A stretch of 64,000 nucleotides of DNA from Octopus vulgaris (lineage: Eukaryota): positions 2,480,001-2,544,000 of the forward strand of contig OX597831.1 in NCBI GenBank assembly GCA_951406725.2, given 5' to 3'. Below, piece by piece: positions 25,860 to 39,400 of this stretch. The notes beneath the pieces are model-generated. The model did no database searches and was not told the origin of the DNA. It worked only from the letters and a program-made list of their open reading frames with translations. Position 1 is the stretch's first letter. The number at the start of each line of letters is the position of its first letter. The translations under genes and the position numbers were made by a program.

Positions 25860-27167
25860 CCTCCTTCTTTTCTGAGCGTCCAATAATACTATATTTGTTC
25901 CATGTCCTCGCGTTGTTGTGTTTTTTTGTGCTTTCTTGTTTGGATTAACTATATATATATATATATAAAGACACATAGCACATTACATATATATATATAC
26001 ATTGCATTTTACCAATGTGATACTAGAAATTAACAGGATATATTTTACTACTAGAATATCTGATCCACCTGTAATGATGTAGGTATTACTGAAATATATA
26101 CATAAAGAAATTTGTTAATGAGATTATGAGGATTTACAAAAAAATGCCAAAATAACAAGAAAATGAGAAAATTATATTTATCACTTTCCAAGTATTATAC
26201 AGGTTGATTTCTTTTAATATGTACAATACGTTGTAGTCAGCGATTCACTTGTTATTCTACATTATGTTATCATATTTTCTACAATAAATGCTCTAATTTT
26301 CACAAATGTTACATATATGTATATATGTATTCAAAACTACCAAAATATATGTATATTAACATATGAGTACATGGTCTTACAAACAAGTTGCATATATTTT
26401 CTGAAGATTTTCAAGAAACAGCTGGTCTAGTTTATGCAAAGCTGCACATTTGCAACAAATTTGACACATTCTGTGAAAACGCTACAAATGTACATAAAGC
26501 ATTATTACTCTTTTACTTGTTTCAGTCATTTGACTGTGGCCATGCTGGAGTACCGCCTTTAATCGAGCAACTCGACCCCGGAACTTATTCTTTTATAAGC
26601 AATGACATATGACTGAGACTTTTGGCAATATGCTGTGCTTGAGAAGACTCATCAAACCAAGTGAAATTGTAGTCGTGGATTATGCTGGTGTCATGTAACT
26701 GGCACCATGCTGGTGGCACATAAAAGCACCCATTACACTCTCAGAGTGGTTGATGTTAGGAAGGGCATCCAGCCATAAAAATAATGCCAAATCAGACTGG
26801 ACAACGGACGTTAAAGGATGATGATTATGATGAAATCCACTCACAAGGCTTTGGTCAGCCTGAGGCTATAGTAGAAGACACTTGTCCAAGGTGCTACATA
26901 ATTGGACTGAACCCAAGACCACATAACTGAGTGGGAAGCAAACTTCTTACCACACAGCCACACTTGTGCCTATAAAAATGTCAATTTCGTTGGTTTTGTG
27001 TTTATGTTTTCATTTATCATTGTATTCGACGTTCTTTTGGTGTCCTGTACACACATACATATATATGTAAATACATACAAATGTATAAAAAATTATCAAA
27101 TAAAAATTTGTGTATCATACTAAATGCATATGCACTCTGAGAAGATAATGTGGAACGAAGACATTCT

Positions 27168-27368
27168 ACAGGAATTTGGCCACTTTGCATCCATGAGGCC
27201 CAACACTTGAAAGGAACTCAACCACCTTGCTTCTATGAGGCCCAATGCTCAAAAGGAACTCAGCCACTATGCCTCCATCAGGCCCAATGCTTGAAAGGAA
27301 CTCAGCCACTTTGCCTTCATCAGGCCCAATGCTTAAAAGGAACCTAGCCTCTGCGAGGCCCAACATTC
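27168..27368. repeat. 42-bp minisatellite, about 4.5 copies
   Basis: Unit approximately AAGGAACTCAGCCACTTTGCCTCCATGAGGCCCAATGCTTGA. Confidence 0.85.
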
Positions 27369-27377
27369 AACATATAT

Positions 27378-29968
27378 ACACTCAATTCTCTTTTTGCACA
27401 GGGGATATGTTCCAGAGACTACCGTGCAAAATAAAACCAAATAATAAAATATACAGTGTATATATGAAAATTAGAGATAGGTTCCATCCAAATATATAGT
27501 ATTTTTGCTTCATTGGTTTTGAATACAAATTCAGTTATCAGATGCTATGATTTTGTTTTTGTTAGTTCTTTATATGATTCTTCAAAATGTGCCATAATCC
27601 TTTTCAAATCACGTTGGAATTGCACAGCTCGTTCAACATTGTAATCATTTGTAAGAAAATGATTTCCAAGTTTATTAGCTATTTGGAGACCTTCTAGAAT
27701 TGTACTTGCAGATAGTGGAACCAGTTCTTCCTCATCACTACTATAAACTAACGTGGAATCATATACATTCTTTGAAATACTCTCTATAATTTGTTCTTCA
27801 TTAGCAGCTTCATCAATTGTTAATTCTTCAAAACCTTCTCTGCCAATCTAATGTGACAAAGTGATGCTATCAGAATGTAATTCGTTCATATTTATATTAT
27901 ATATGAGATTTTTAGGGTTTACACATTCTGGCCAAAGTGATCTCCAGCATGCATTTAGGGTGGATGGCTTTAATTTGGATAAAGCTACGGCTGCATATTT
28001 AACACAATTACAGTAAATTTTTCCATGCTTGAATGATTGAAAGTCTATTATCTTTTTCTAGTTCATCGATAATATATTCAAATGTTCGCTGGATATGATA
28101 TGATTTGAATGTTGAAATTATACTCTGATCAAGCAGTTGAATCAATGATGTTGTATTAGGAGGCAAGAATACAACTTTTACATTTGAGTGTTCCAAATCT
28201 GGATAACTGGGTGCATTGTCTATAAATTCAAGCCCTTTTATCTTCTTCAGGAACGAAGCAGTTGTTAAACCATTCAGTAAATATTTCTGCTGTTATCCAT
28301 GATTTTTCATTGGCTCTTCCATGAACTGGTAATTTACTTGGTCTTCATTGCATGCGGACAAACTGATCAATTAATTAATATCTTTTACTTGTTTCAGTCA
28401 TTTGACTGTGGCCATGCTGGAGGACCGCCTTTAGTCGAGCAAGTCGACCCCAGGACTTATTCTTTGTAAGCCTAGTACTTATTCTGTCGCTCTCTTTTGC
28501 CGAACCGCTAAGTGATGGGGACATAAACACACCAGCATCGGTTGTCAAGCAATGCTAGGGGGACAAACAAATAGACACACACATACATATATATATACAT
28601 ATATATACAGGCTTCTTTCAGTTTCCGTCTACCAAATCCACTCACAAGGCATTGGTCGGCCCGGAGCTATAGCAGAAGACACTTGCCCAAGATGCCACGC
28701 AGTGGGACTGAACCCGGAACCATGTGGTTGGTAAGCAAGCTACTTACCACACAGCCACTTCTGTTTGGCATTTTTTTTCCCCAAAAGTGACCAGTTTCAT
28801 CTGCGCTGAAAACTTTGAAATGTAACTGCTTTCTTCAATTATTTTGGCTAGTTTTGAAAGAAATACTTCAGCTGCAGTCTTATCTGCCAGTGAAATTTCA
28901 CTTCTTATTTTTATATAATGCAGTGCTTGTCTTTTGAGGAATTTTGTAAGCCATCCCATACTTGCAGCAAATTTATTCTTCTTTTTATCACTAGACAGAT
29001 ATAATGCACTCAATGACTCCAGATCATTGATTTTGTAAAATTGAAATGCCATCTGTTTTATGGTTTTACCATCTACTAGTATCCTTTTTTGATTTTCTTC
29101 TTCTATCCATATTATTAAAGCTTTCTCCATTTTTTCTTTAATCAGGTCTCTTGTATATGACAACCTGGCAGATAATTTTCTTCCAGAAGCTACAGATCTT
29201 CTAATGGCAGCACCATTCCTTTCGAAATCGAAATTGAACCAATCCTATGACTGGCACCCGGCAGATGCCAGGACCCCTGGACTGGTGGTATGTAAAAAGC
29301 ACTATCCAAATTGTGGCCGATGCCAGCGCCACCTCGACTGGCTTCCGTGTCAGTGGCACGTAAAAAGCACCATCCAAATCGTGGCCGATGCCAGTGCCGC
29401 CTCGATTGGCTTCCATGCCAGTGGCACGTAAAATGCACCAATCCGACCGTGGCCGTTGCCAGCCTCGCCTGGCACCTGTGCAGGTGGCACGTAAAAAGCA
29501 CCCACTACTCACGGAGTGGTTGGCGTTAGGAAGAGCATCCAGCTGTAGAAACATTGCCAGATAAGACTGGAGCCTGGTGCAGCCTCCATGGCTTCCCAGA
29601 TCCCCGGTCGAACCGTCCAACTCATGCTAGCATGGAGAACAGACGTTAAACGTTGATGATGATGCTGCACTTTTGCCCTTACGAAGATGATCCAAAATAT
29701 TAATCTGGGTCTCCAAAGAAATTTATGCTCCTTTATTTTTCTTAGATGTATCAACCGACATTTTGGGGTAGGTTATCACTGTCATGATTGCAAATAAAAA
29801 ATATAGCAGGGGATGAAACACACAACACGTCTTTCTTATTAGACCCAATGCTAATGACTGTTGCTGTGTGCCGTCTGACGGAGCGGTTACATGCAACCAG
29901 AGGTGTGTACAGTGCATAGGTCCCACCTACACCAGAGAGTGGGGGATCACCATACAGAAAAAAATAGA
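27378..29968 (-). mobile_element. Decayed Tigger/pogo DNA transposon with two nested SINEs
   Basis: N-terminal ISLETQINILDHLRKGKS near 29670-29760; CENP-B HTH (MEKALIIWIEE..FAASMGWLTKFLKR) at 28744-29163; DDE_1 motif FLPPNTTSLIQLLDQSIISTFK at 28008-28196; Tigger-like terminus near 27378. Right boundary uncertain. Confidence 0.85.
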
Positions 29969-30507
29969 CTGGATTCTATTTTACTTTGCTAAATTGTTAA
30001 TCATGTTATGTAGAATTTTGGTGTCACACAAGGACAAATGCTTAAACCGTATTGAAGTGAAAAAAAAAAAATCATTTCTTTTTATTGGACCATGTTATTT
30101 CAAAACAATGAAGAAAGAGAATTGTGTGTGTGTGTGTGTGTGTCTTTGTATGTCCCTGACCATAAGCTAGACAACCAGTGTTAGGTTGTTTATGTTCCTG
30201 TAATTTAGTGGTTCAGCAAGACATCAAGTGAATAAATACCAGACACAAAAATAAACACTGGGGTCAACTAAATCCTTCAAGGCAGTGATTCAGCCTTCTT
30301 CAAGTCCAGCTGAGTGGACTGGAGCAATGTGAAATAAAGCGTCTTGCTCAAGGTCACAATGCACAGCCAGGAATTGAACTCAGCACCTTAACAATCACGA
30401 ACTGAATATCCAATCACTAAACCATGTGTCTTCACTGAACTCAATAACAACAACAACAACAACAACAAAAAAAAAAAGACAAGAAAGTAATAATTACCAA
30501 GAGATTG

Positions 30508-30513
30508 TTTATT
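30508..30513 (-). terminator. Candidate NOLC1 polyadenylation signal AATAAA
   Basis: About 190 nt after the stop codon, followed on the minus strand by a U/GU-rich tract. Confidence 0.6.
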
Positions 30514-30703
30514 AAAAATAAAAGCAAGTTCAGGAATATAATGGAAGTGATGATGGTTGTGGTGACAGCAATGGAATGAGGATAATCTAAGAATTACTGG
30601 GAGATATGGATTTGGAACAAATTCACAATAAGCCACCATTGGTGATTATGGAGGAAACTGTCTGGTTGAAAATAGCCTCAGATGAAATTTGGATAAATAT
30701 ATC

Positions 30704-30856
30704 TTAGTCAAATTTTATAGAATTGACAGTCATGTCAATTTGGCCACCTTTGTAACTACCCCGTTTGTTCTTGGTCTTTTGTTGGCGGAAACCTTTACCA
30801 CGAGTGAATTTCAGCTTGTCATTGGCTTTCGCTCCCCAGGATCCAGAGGCGCCTCT
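30704..30856 (-). CDS. NOLC1: Nopp140/NOLC1 last coding exon: RGASGSWGAKANDKLKFTRGKGFRQQKTKNKRGSYKGGQIDMTVNSIKFD*
   Basis: Polypyrimidine tract plus ccAG at 30858-30857, 153 nt to TAA. WG.KA...L..T.GK.FR..KTK.KRGSY.GG.I...VNSIKFD is the conserved Srp40/Nopp140 C-terminus. Not in the supplied ORF track; translated by hand. Confidence 0.95.
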   Translation of the reverse strand, partial: RGASGSWGAKANDKLKFTRGKGFRQQKTKNKRGSYKGGQIDMTVNSIKFD

Positions 30857-31808
30857 CTGGAAGAAGAAAAAGAAAAAAAAAAGATAGGAAATTCAGATTC
30901 ATATAATTTAAAGGTAGCCATAATATTGATTTCAAATTTTGGCGCAAGGCCAGCAGTTTCGGGGGAGGGGATAAGTTGATTACATTAACCCCAGTGCACA
31001 ACTGGTACTTATTTTTATCAACCCCGAAAAGATGAAAAGCAAAGTCGGCCTCGGTAGAAATTGAACTCAGAACATGAAGGCAGATGAAAGGCCACTAAGC
31101 ATTCTGCTTGGCATGCTACCTTAACCCTTTTGTTACTGTATTTATTTTGAGATGCTCTGTGTTTCTTTTAATTATTATAAATATAACAAAGAATTTAGTT
31201 ATCATTAAGCTAGTGTCAGGAACATAAATTGTGACTAAGATTTGGTGGAAGATTTTAATTCAAAACTTATGAAAACAAGACATTTGTACAACAGAGCCAG
31301 AGCCGGTTTCAGCCAGGTCAGTAACGAAAGGGTTAAAGGAGGCAGCCATAATATTGCCAGCAGTAGTTAACAACTTCTGAACATGGTTACAAGCATTGCA
31401 GAATCATTTCTTACACATTTACAATGATAAATGAGAATTTATCTAACAGACATATATATATATACAAATAAAAGAAAAACGAACATGTCATAATAATAAT
31501 CCTTTCAACTATAGAAACAAGACCTGAAATTTTGGGGGAGGGGGGGCTAGTTGATTACATCGACCCCAATAGGATAAAAGGCAAAGTTGAGACCATGGCA
31601 GAATTTGAACTCAGAACGTGAAGGCAGATGAAATGTCACTAAGCATTCTGCCTGGCATGCTAACGATTCTGCCAGCTCACCGCCTCGTCAATAATGATAA
31701 TAATAAAACAAGATTGAATTGAATCTAGAAGGACAAAAGGTCAAGTTGTTCCCTGCTGCCAACTGACCTCAGAACAGTTAGACATTCTGCCTGACATCAA
31801 CAACATCA

Positions 31809-31839
<31 letters not shown>

Positions 31840-32416
31840 CATCGAAGAGGATATTTCTATCCCTAATCTCTCTAGCTGCAGAATCATTTTAAATAAACAT
31901 TTGCTGACATGAAGAATGTTCACAATTCTTCAGCAACACTTGTTTAAAACCAACATCTCCAGAGATATTCATTTTAATTACAACACAAAACAATTGCTCA
32001 CACTTTGAAGATTTCCTCTATCACATCAGCAGTTATCTAATTACCCAGTTCCCAACATCTGATGGTATTGGGTGTGTACAAGAATTGTACAAAAACGACC
32101 AACATTTTCATGGAGCCAGTGACCTGCCTTCAGGTTAAAATAACGAGGCAAGCAGTTCTTTCCTAATAATTGGTTGAGACATAATTAAAGATTGTTTCAC
32201 CAGCATACGATGCTGAAATCAAAGCTCTTCTAGTAAGGAAGAGATGCTTTAACAGAAGGTAGCAACATATATTCAAGGGACATCACTATGTCAGTCTTCT
32301 TTTACTGTTGGCAAGCACCTCCACCTCCTCCCCTCTCCTCCTTCCACACAATCTGCACCAAATGAACCAACCAGAAGATGAAAAAAAAAAAAAAAAGAAG
32401 CTAAATTTGAACTTAC

Positions 32417-32500
32417 CTTTGCTTCAAAGGAATTGTCTCGAAGTCTAGGATCAATTTCTATATTCTCAGATATTACTCGCCGGAAAGGAGTTGATTTATG
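32417..32500 (-). CDS. NOLC1: Nopp140/NOLC1 exon, start of SRP40 C-terminal domain: HKSTPFRRVISENIEIDPRLRDNSFEAK
   Basis: Acceptor aattttcAG, donor GTAAGT, 84 nt, phase 0 to 0. PFRRV...DNSF is the SRP40_C signature. Confidence 0.93.
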
Positions 32501-35500
32501 CTGAAAATTTGAAGATGAATCAAAATTAATGGTAGACATAAATCAAATGCGCAGACTTTTTTTTTTTAGTTTTTAACAGAATTAGATATTTCTACCGGTG
32601 GAAATTAGATGGTTATTTATTAATACAAATCCAGTTGCTTCAACATTCCACTTGCAAATATACCAATATGTAGTTGCACTGCAGTACAGTACAGTACAAA
32701 AATCATGGAAATGTAATGCCAAGACAATCTTAAGTATACACATTATGCCCCGCTTATACTACAGGCTTTTAAATTTGACTATGTCATGGAGATTGGAGTG
32801 CCAAGCTGACTCCCTTGGAGAACACAGTCATAGCAGTTCAGAAAGTCGAGATTTCTTCAATGCAGCAGAATTCAGAAAGTTACTGAGATTATAGCCAAAA
32901 CCTATAATGGTTGACAGTCTCCATAGAACAACCTTTTCTAAATTAATGGTTCAACATATGAATGAGACAAGCAAACATATTATATATGCCACACAAACCC
33001 TAAAATAATGGTCATTCTCTTAATGCAAGCCGTTTCCATACCAGAAAGCCAAACTGCTTTATACAAAGGCCAACAAGTTTAGAGATTAAGAGCACAGAAG
33101 CATATACCTGCATTTAGAATTTTATAAAATCAACTGTATTTGAAATAGGGTATGGAAAGGAGAAATAGAACCCCCCTTTTTTGCCACTATAGTAACCACA
33201 AATGAAAGCTTACTGCCCCAGAGACTCCTTTTACTTCAGAAAATAAAGGGTTCTTATTCTCAGTTATGTTAGAGAAAGCTATTCTAGGTGCTATTAACAT
33301 TAGGAATGCATTATTAAACAAATGTCTTCCTTGGAACATTTAGCAAAAGCTGCCTCCTGTCCACTGTCATAACAACATGGCCTGGAAGCTGGTCAGTTTC
33401 TTAATCCTTTAGTATTCAGATTACTCTGTCAAATGAAACGCTTATTTATTTATGTTGTTTCGAATTAATCATGTAGTATCTCATAGCATCAAGATTACAA
33501 TGATATGATTGTTTTTTTGTTTTAGAATGAGATTGTAGGGTAGCTATGAGAGGCCAGATCGAACAAAAAACAAGTAGAATATTTGGGCTGGATATGGTCA
33601 GCTTAAATGCTAAAGATCATTTAGATCACTCGTTCAATCAACTCATGTCCTCTCTCTCTTCATTTTACTATCATCATCATTGTTTAATGTTCATTTTCCA
33701 GGCTGGAACAAGTTTGGACAGTTCGAGAGTAGCTGGCCAGCTGGTGAGCTGTTCAGACTCCAACTCTCTGTTGTGGCATGGTTACTATGGCTGGATGCCC
33801 ATCCTAACCCCAATCACTTTACAGTGTTCTGGATGGTTTTTATGTGCCACAATACTGGTGCACTTATACATTTTATGTGGCACTGGCGTGACAGCGATTT
33901 TACTTAAGTTTATTAATCAAAGAAAGTTAGGCACTTTGTCCCATATAGAAAGAGATGGAAATTTCAATGAGATGACCACCACTGTACAACTAATAGACAT
34001 ACTATGTTTGGCACGTAAAAAGCACCCACTACACTCACGGAGTGGTTGGCATTAGGAAGGGCATCCAGCCGTAGAAACACTGCCAGATCAGACTGGAGCC
34101 CGGTGCAGCCTTCTGGCTTCCCAGACCCCAGTTGAACCGTGCAACCCATGATAGCATGGAAAGCGGACGCTAAACGATGATGATGATGATGATGATGATG
34201 AATTACCAACTGGCAACACAAAACAGTCTTAAGCATTTAAAACACCAAATACATCCCATGCACATACAGGACGTTTTATTTGCAATCCCAACACCTCATA
34301 GCATACAGTACCCACCAAACTAGCCTCATTCATCAGCACAAACACACACACACACTACACAAGGCAACAAACTTACAAACACAGCCAACTCATAATTAAA
34401 CATCATAGCATACCATGCAAAGACTAGGTACAACAGCCTCTGAAACTGCTTACAACAACAGCAGCAGCAACAACAACTGTTGCCGATTCAGATATACTTT
34501 AGCCTCGAGTAATAATTGCTGACAATAACAGAAACACATGCTGTATATCTCTGTGATAATATACATATCACTTATGTTAAATAGTATTTAAAAATGATAA
34601 CCCCATGAGCAATGAGATGGTAGGCATGTGTACTGAGTGTCGTGGCAATATATGTACAGTATATAAATGTATACCCTTTACTCTTTTACTTGACTGTGAC
34701 CACGCTGGAGCACCGCCTTTAGTCGAGCAAATCGACCCCAGGACTTATTCTTTGTAAGCCTAGTACTTAATCTATTGGTCTCTTTTGCCAAACCACCAAG
34801 TTATGGGGACATAAACACACCAACATCGGTTGTAAAGCAATGTTGGGGGGGACAAACACATATACATACATATATACGACGGGCTTCTTTCAGTTTTCGT
34901 CTACCAAATCCACTCACAAGATTATATATATATATATATAACCAAGACCTGATTGTAGTAGCTTGTCATAAATTAATTACATTTTTCTTTACTCAAAATC
35001 ACCCAGACGCTCTTTCTCGTTAAAGTGTTACTGGAAACAGGAGAGTGGCACCAAATGCCACAACCCCACCTTCCATATACACATCTTTTTACCTTTTACT
35101 TGTTTCAGTTATTAGACCGTGACCATGCTGGAGCACACCTTGAAGAGCTTTAGTTGTACAAATCAACCCCAGTACATTTTTTTTTTTAAATATGGTACTT
35201 TTAAGCATTCAACCTAGCCATATCAAGCCCAAATATTCTACTTGTTCAAACTGGTTAAATCTGGCCTTTCACACTAACTCTACAATATCATTCATCATCA
35301 TCATCGTTTAACATCCGTTTTCCGCGCTAGCACGGGTTGGACGGTTCGACCGGGGTCTGGGAAGCCAGGGGCTGCTCCAGGCTCCAGTCTGATCTGGCAG
35401 AGTTTCTACGGCTGGATGCCCTTCCTAACGCCAACCACTCCGCGAGTGTAGTGGGTGCTTTTTATGTGCTACCTGCACAGGTGCCAGGGGGGGTCCGGCA

Positions 35501-35904
35501 TTGGCCACGATCGGTTGGAGCTTTTAACGTGCCAGCGACACTGGCAACGGCCACGTTCGGATGGCGCTTTTTATGTGCCACCGGCACATAAAATCGAAAC
35601 CTCAAAGCTACAAGATATTCTACTATTAGTATAAATAAGCATTACATTTGACAGAGTAGTCTGAATGCTATAGGAGTTAATTTAGTGGTTTAGCATTTAA
35701 ACAGACCATATCAGGCCCAAATATTCTAGTCAAACGGACTAGATCCAGCCTCTTACACCGACCCTGGAATGTCATTCTAAAAATAAACAATCACACCATT
35801 GAAATGCTAAAGCTATATGATAATGTGGAATTAATTCTAAACATGGTGAATAAATAAGCATTACATTTGAGAGTAGTTTAAACACTAAAGGATTAAAGGA
35901 AATA

Positions 35905-36040
35905 AAGGTAACACAACAGGTAGAGAGTTTATTCCACAGTTCAGCTGTTCTGAAGGAGAAAGCTATAACAACCTAACTGTTATGTATACTGCCACTACTT
36001 TTAAGTACATTCACCCAGTGACATTCATCACAGACCCACT
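35905..36040 (-). mobile_element. CR1/Jockey-group LINE 3' remnant
   Basis: Minus strand reads AFSFRTAELWNKL, resembling the FF..R....WN.LP motif at the end of CR1-type ORF2. Confidence 0.45.
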
Positions 36041-36425
36041 GCTGAATACCTAATCCAATCCATTTAATCTTGCCTTTCCAAAATTTTTGCTTCAACCACT
36101 AACCCCACTAAACATCGAAGAGGCCAGGGAACAGAAGAAAGAAGACACGCACTCAACACCAGAGCTGAAGACACCTCCGAAGGAGGGGTCTCACCACATC
36201 AAAACGGTAGAGGAGTAGGGGCCGAAACCGGACAGGGTTCCTCCTGATGATGTCTTGAGCTAACTGGATCCTATAAAGGAGCTGTTGTGGTAACAGACCA
36301 CGAAACACGGTTGTAATCCCCGCTTCAATTATTCCTATACCCATCCATCAAGGGCAGCTCTATTTGTTACAACACCTGCTGTGCTTGAACTAACTCGAAA
36401 GAAAAATAATAATCTAAATACCTAC

Positions 36426-39400
36426 CATACCATTAACAGGTGTTTTTTTATGAGACACAGGGGTCACTGATGGAGTATTCGGTTGCAACATGCCGTTACT
36501 CAGCTGTAGTACGGCATTTGGGGTTTGAGATGGCGGAATGGGATCGTTGTCCGATGAAGAATCAGAATCATCACTACTGCTAGAAGAATCCTTCTTACTT
36601 GCTAACCCAGATGTCTCCAATGCAATTTGAGAATCCTCAATAACTGTTATCTCAGGAGAATTACTACTTCCAGAACTAATCTTACCATTTTGCATCGCTG
36701 AAGCTTTCTTAAGCTGACTGGGTATGTTTTTACTTAGTGAACACTTTTTAGAATCTTCCTCTGAACTAGAATTACTGTCTGAGCTGCTGTCTTGCACATT
36801 GACATTCTTAGATATGGGAGTGGATTGAAATAATAGAGTTTTGATAGATATATCATTAGTATTTTCTAAACTATTTTTGTTCAGTTCTTTCTTTTGTTCC
36901 AACGTTTTATCTTCTGAATTGGTCAAAGTTCTAAGCACTGACACCGGAGTGTGTTTTTGACTTATAGGAATGTCATTATCATCCTCACCAGAACTGGAAT
37001 TTGTTTCAGAAGAAACTGATTTTGAGTTGCTTGGCTCATTCGACAAACCTTTGTGTTTAGATGTTATTTTATTTTGAAGAGATTCTGAGGTGTGAGAAGA
37101 AATAGCACTAACAGGAGGATTTTGGCTTGGAACATTTTTTGTTACTATTTCAACTACCGAAGAAGAATCACTGTCTGAACTGTCTGATTTATGGTAAGAA
37201 TTTGTGTCTGAACAGCTTTTTTCAGATTTAGAAGTTGGAGACTGAGAGGACTTTGAAGCAACTGGCAACTTAGAGGCAAAGGGAGATTTTACAGCACCTA
37301 CTTTTGTGGTAGCTTCATCTTCAGATGAAGGGCTACGGGATGTAGAAGATGCTGCTTTAGCAGCCATGGGCTTACTCTTTAGCGAAAGCTTGACAGTCTG
37401 GGACACTGGAGCTTTCTTGGGTTTGTTATCCTCTGAAGAATTACTGTCTGAGTCAGAAGACGAAGAGTCTGATGAAGCTGCAGCCTTTGGGACTTTTGAA
37501 GCAACTGCTGCTTTCACAGGCGATTTTGAAGTGGGCACTGTTTTTGCACTGGGCTTTTGTGCAGTTTTCTTTTGCTCGTCTTCTGATGAGGAATCACTGT
37601 CTGAGTCAGAAGATGAGGAATCAGCCGCCGTGGCTTTTGTAGAGGGACCAGTTTTAGCTGGGGATTTCGAAGCAACTCCACCTTTAGCAGGAGGTTTTTG
37701 TGTTGTTTTCTTTGGTTCATCTTCTGAGGAATCACTGTCTGAGTCAGAAGATGATTCTGCAACTTTTCCTGAAATTTTTGAAGCAACTTTTACCGGCGAT
37801 TTTGCAACTGCTGTTGTTTTGGCTGCAGGTTTCTGTGTGGCTTTCTTTGGTTCATCTTCTGAGGAATCACTGTCTGAATCAGAAGATGAGTCTGAGGCAG
37901 CTGCTTTTCCTGGGGTCTTTGAAGCAACTGCTGGCTTTGTGGGGGTCTTTGAAGCAACTGCTGGCTTTGTGGGTGTTTTTGTGGCGGCTGCTGCTTTAAC
38001 TGGAGATTTTGAAGTAACTGCTGTTTTCTTTGGCTCATCTGAAGAGTCACTGTCTGAGTCAGAAGATGAAGAGCTTTCTGCTGCTTTTACTGGTGGCTTT
38101 GAAGTAGCTGTTGCTGCTGCTGTTGCTTTGACAGCAGGCTTCTGGGCAGTTTTCTTTGGCTCATCGTCAGAGGAATCACTGTCTGAGTCAGAAGACGAGG
38201 AGTCTCCTGCTGTTGCTTTTGCCGGAGCTTTTGTAGCAGCAGTTTTAACTGGAGTTTTTGAAGCAACTGCAGGTTTGGCAGTGGGCTTTCCAGTAGCTTT
38301 CTTTGGCTCATCTTCTGAGGAGTCACTGTCCGAGTCAGATGACGAAGATTCTGCTGCTGTGGATTTTGCCGGTGGCTTTGAAGCAACTGCTGTTTTAATT
38401 GGGGTTTTTAAAGTGGCTGCTGTTTTGGCAGTGGGCTTCTGAGGGACTATTTTCACCTCATCATCTGACGAATCACTATCAGAGTCAGATGATGACTCAG
38501 TTTCAGTCTTTTTTGCGGTTTTAGAAGCAACTACAGCTTTTCCTGGGGGTTTTGAAGCAACTGCAGCTTTTCCTGGAGTTTTTGAAGCAACTGCAGCTTT
38601 TCCTGGGGTTTTTGAAATAGCTGGTGTTTTGGCTGTGGGTTTTGTAGTGGTTTTCTGTGGCTCATCATCTGAGGAATCACTGTCTGAGTCAGATGAACTT
38701 TCCGCTGCCTTTACTGGGGTTTTTGAAGCAGCTGTTGTTGCTTTGGCAGAAGGCGTCTGGGCGGTTTTCTTTGGCTCATCGTCAGAGGAATCACTGTCTG
38801 AGTCAGAAGACGAGGAATCTCCTGCTGTTGTTGCTTTTGCCGGAGCTTTTGTAGCAGCAGTGCCAGTTTTAACTGGAGTTTTTGTAGCAACTGCAGCTTT
38901 GGCAGTGGGCTTTCCAGTAGCTTTCTTTGGCTCATCTTCTGAGGAGTCACTGTCCGAGTCGGAGGATGAAGATTTTGCTGCTGCGGATTTTGCCGGTGGC
39001 TTTGAAGCAACAGTTGCTTTTCCCGGCGTTTTTAAAGTGGCTGCTGTTTTGGCAGTGGACTTCTGAGGGACTATCTTCACCTCATCATCTGATGAATCAC
39101 TGTCCGAATCAGAAGAGGAGTCAGCAGCGGCTGCTTTTACTGGGGTTTTAGAAGCAACGGCTGCCTTTACTGGCGGTTTTGCAGTAGCCACTGTTTTGAT
39201 AACTGCTTTTGATGTGATCTCCTTCGGTTCATCTTCTGAGGAATCACTGTCCGAATCAGAAGATGATTCTGCTACAGTTTTTACTGGAGTTTTAATAGCG
39301 CCAGGTGTTTTAATTGGCGTTTTTGAAGTAGCTGCTGATTTGGCAGCTGGTTTCTGTGTGGTCTTCTTCGGTTCATCTTCCGAAGAATCACTGTCCGAAT

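Noticed and set aside
35941-36031. Box C/D snoRNA-like GTGATGA...CTGA on the minus strand in a NOLC1 intron
   Set aside because: Poor terminal stem, and it overlaps a CR1-like LINE remnant. I found no convincing C/D snoRNA by eye; H/ACA types cannot be excluded without a search.
22300-36400. Drosophila-style alternative RGG tail exon for Nopp140
   Set aside because: No Gly/Arg-rich minus-strand exon seen; the (GGC)n/(GAC)n run near 22456 is a simple repeat.
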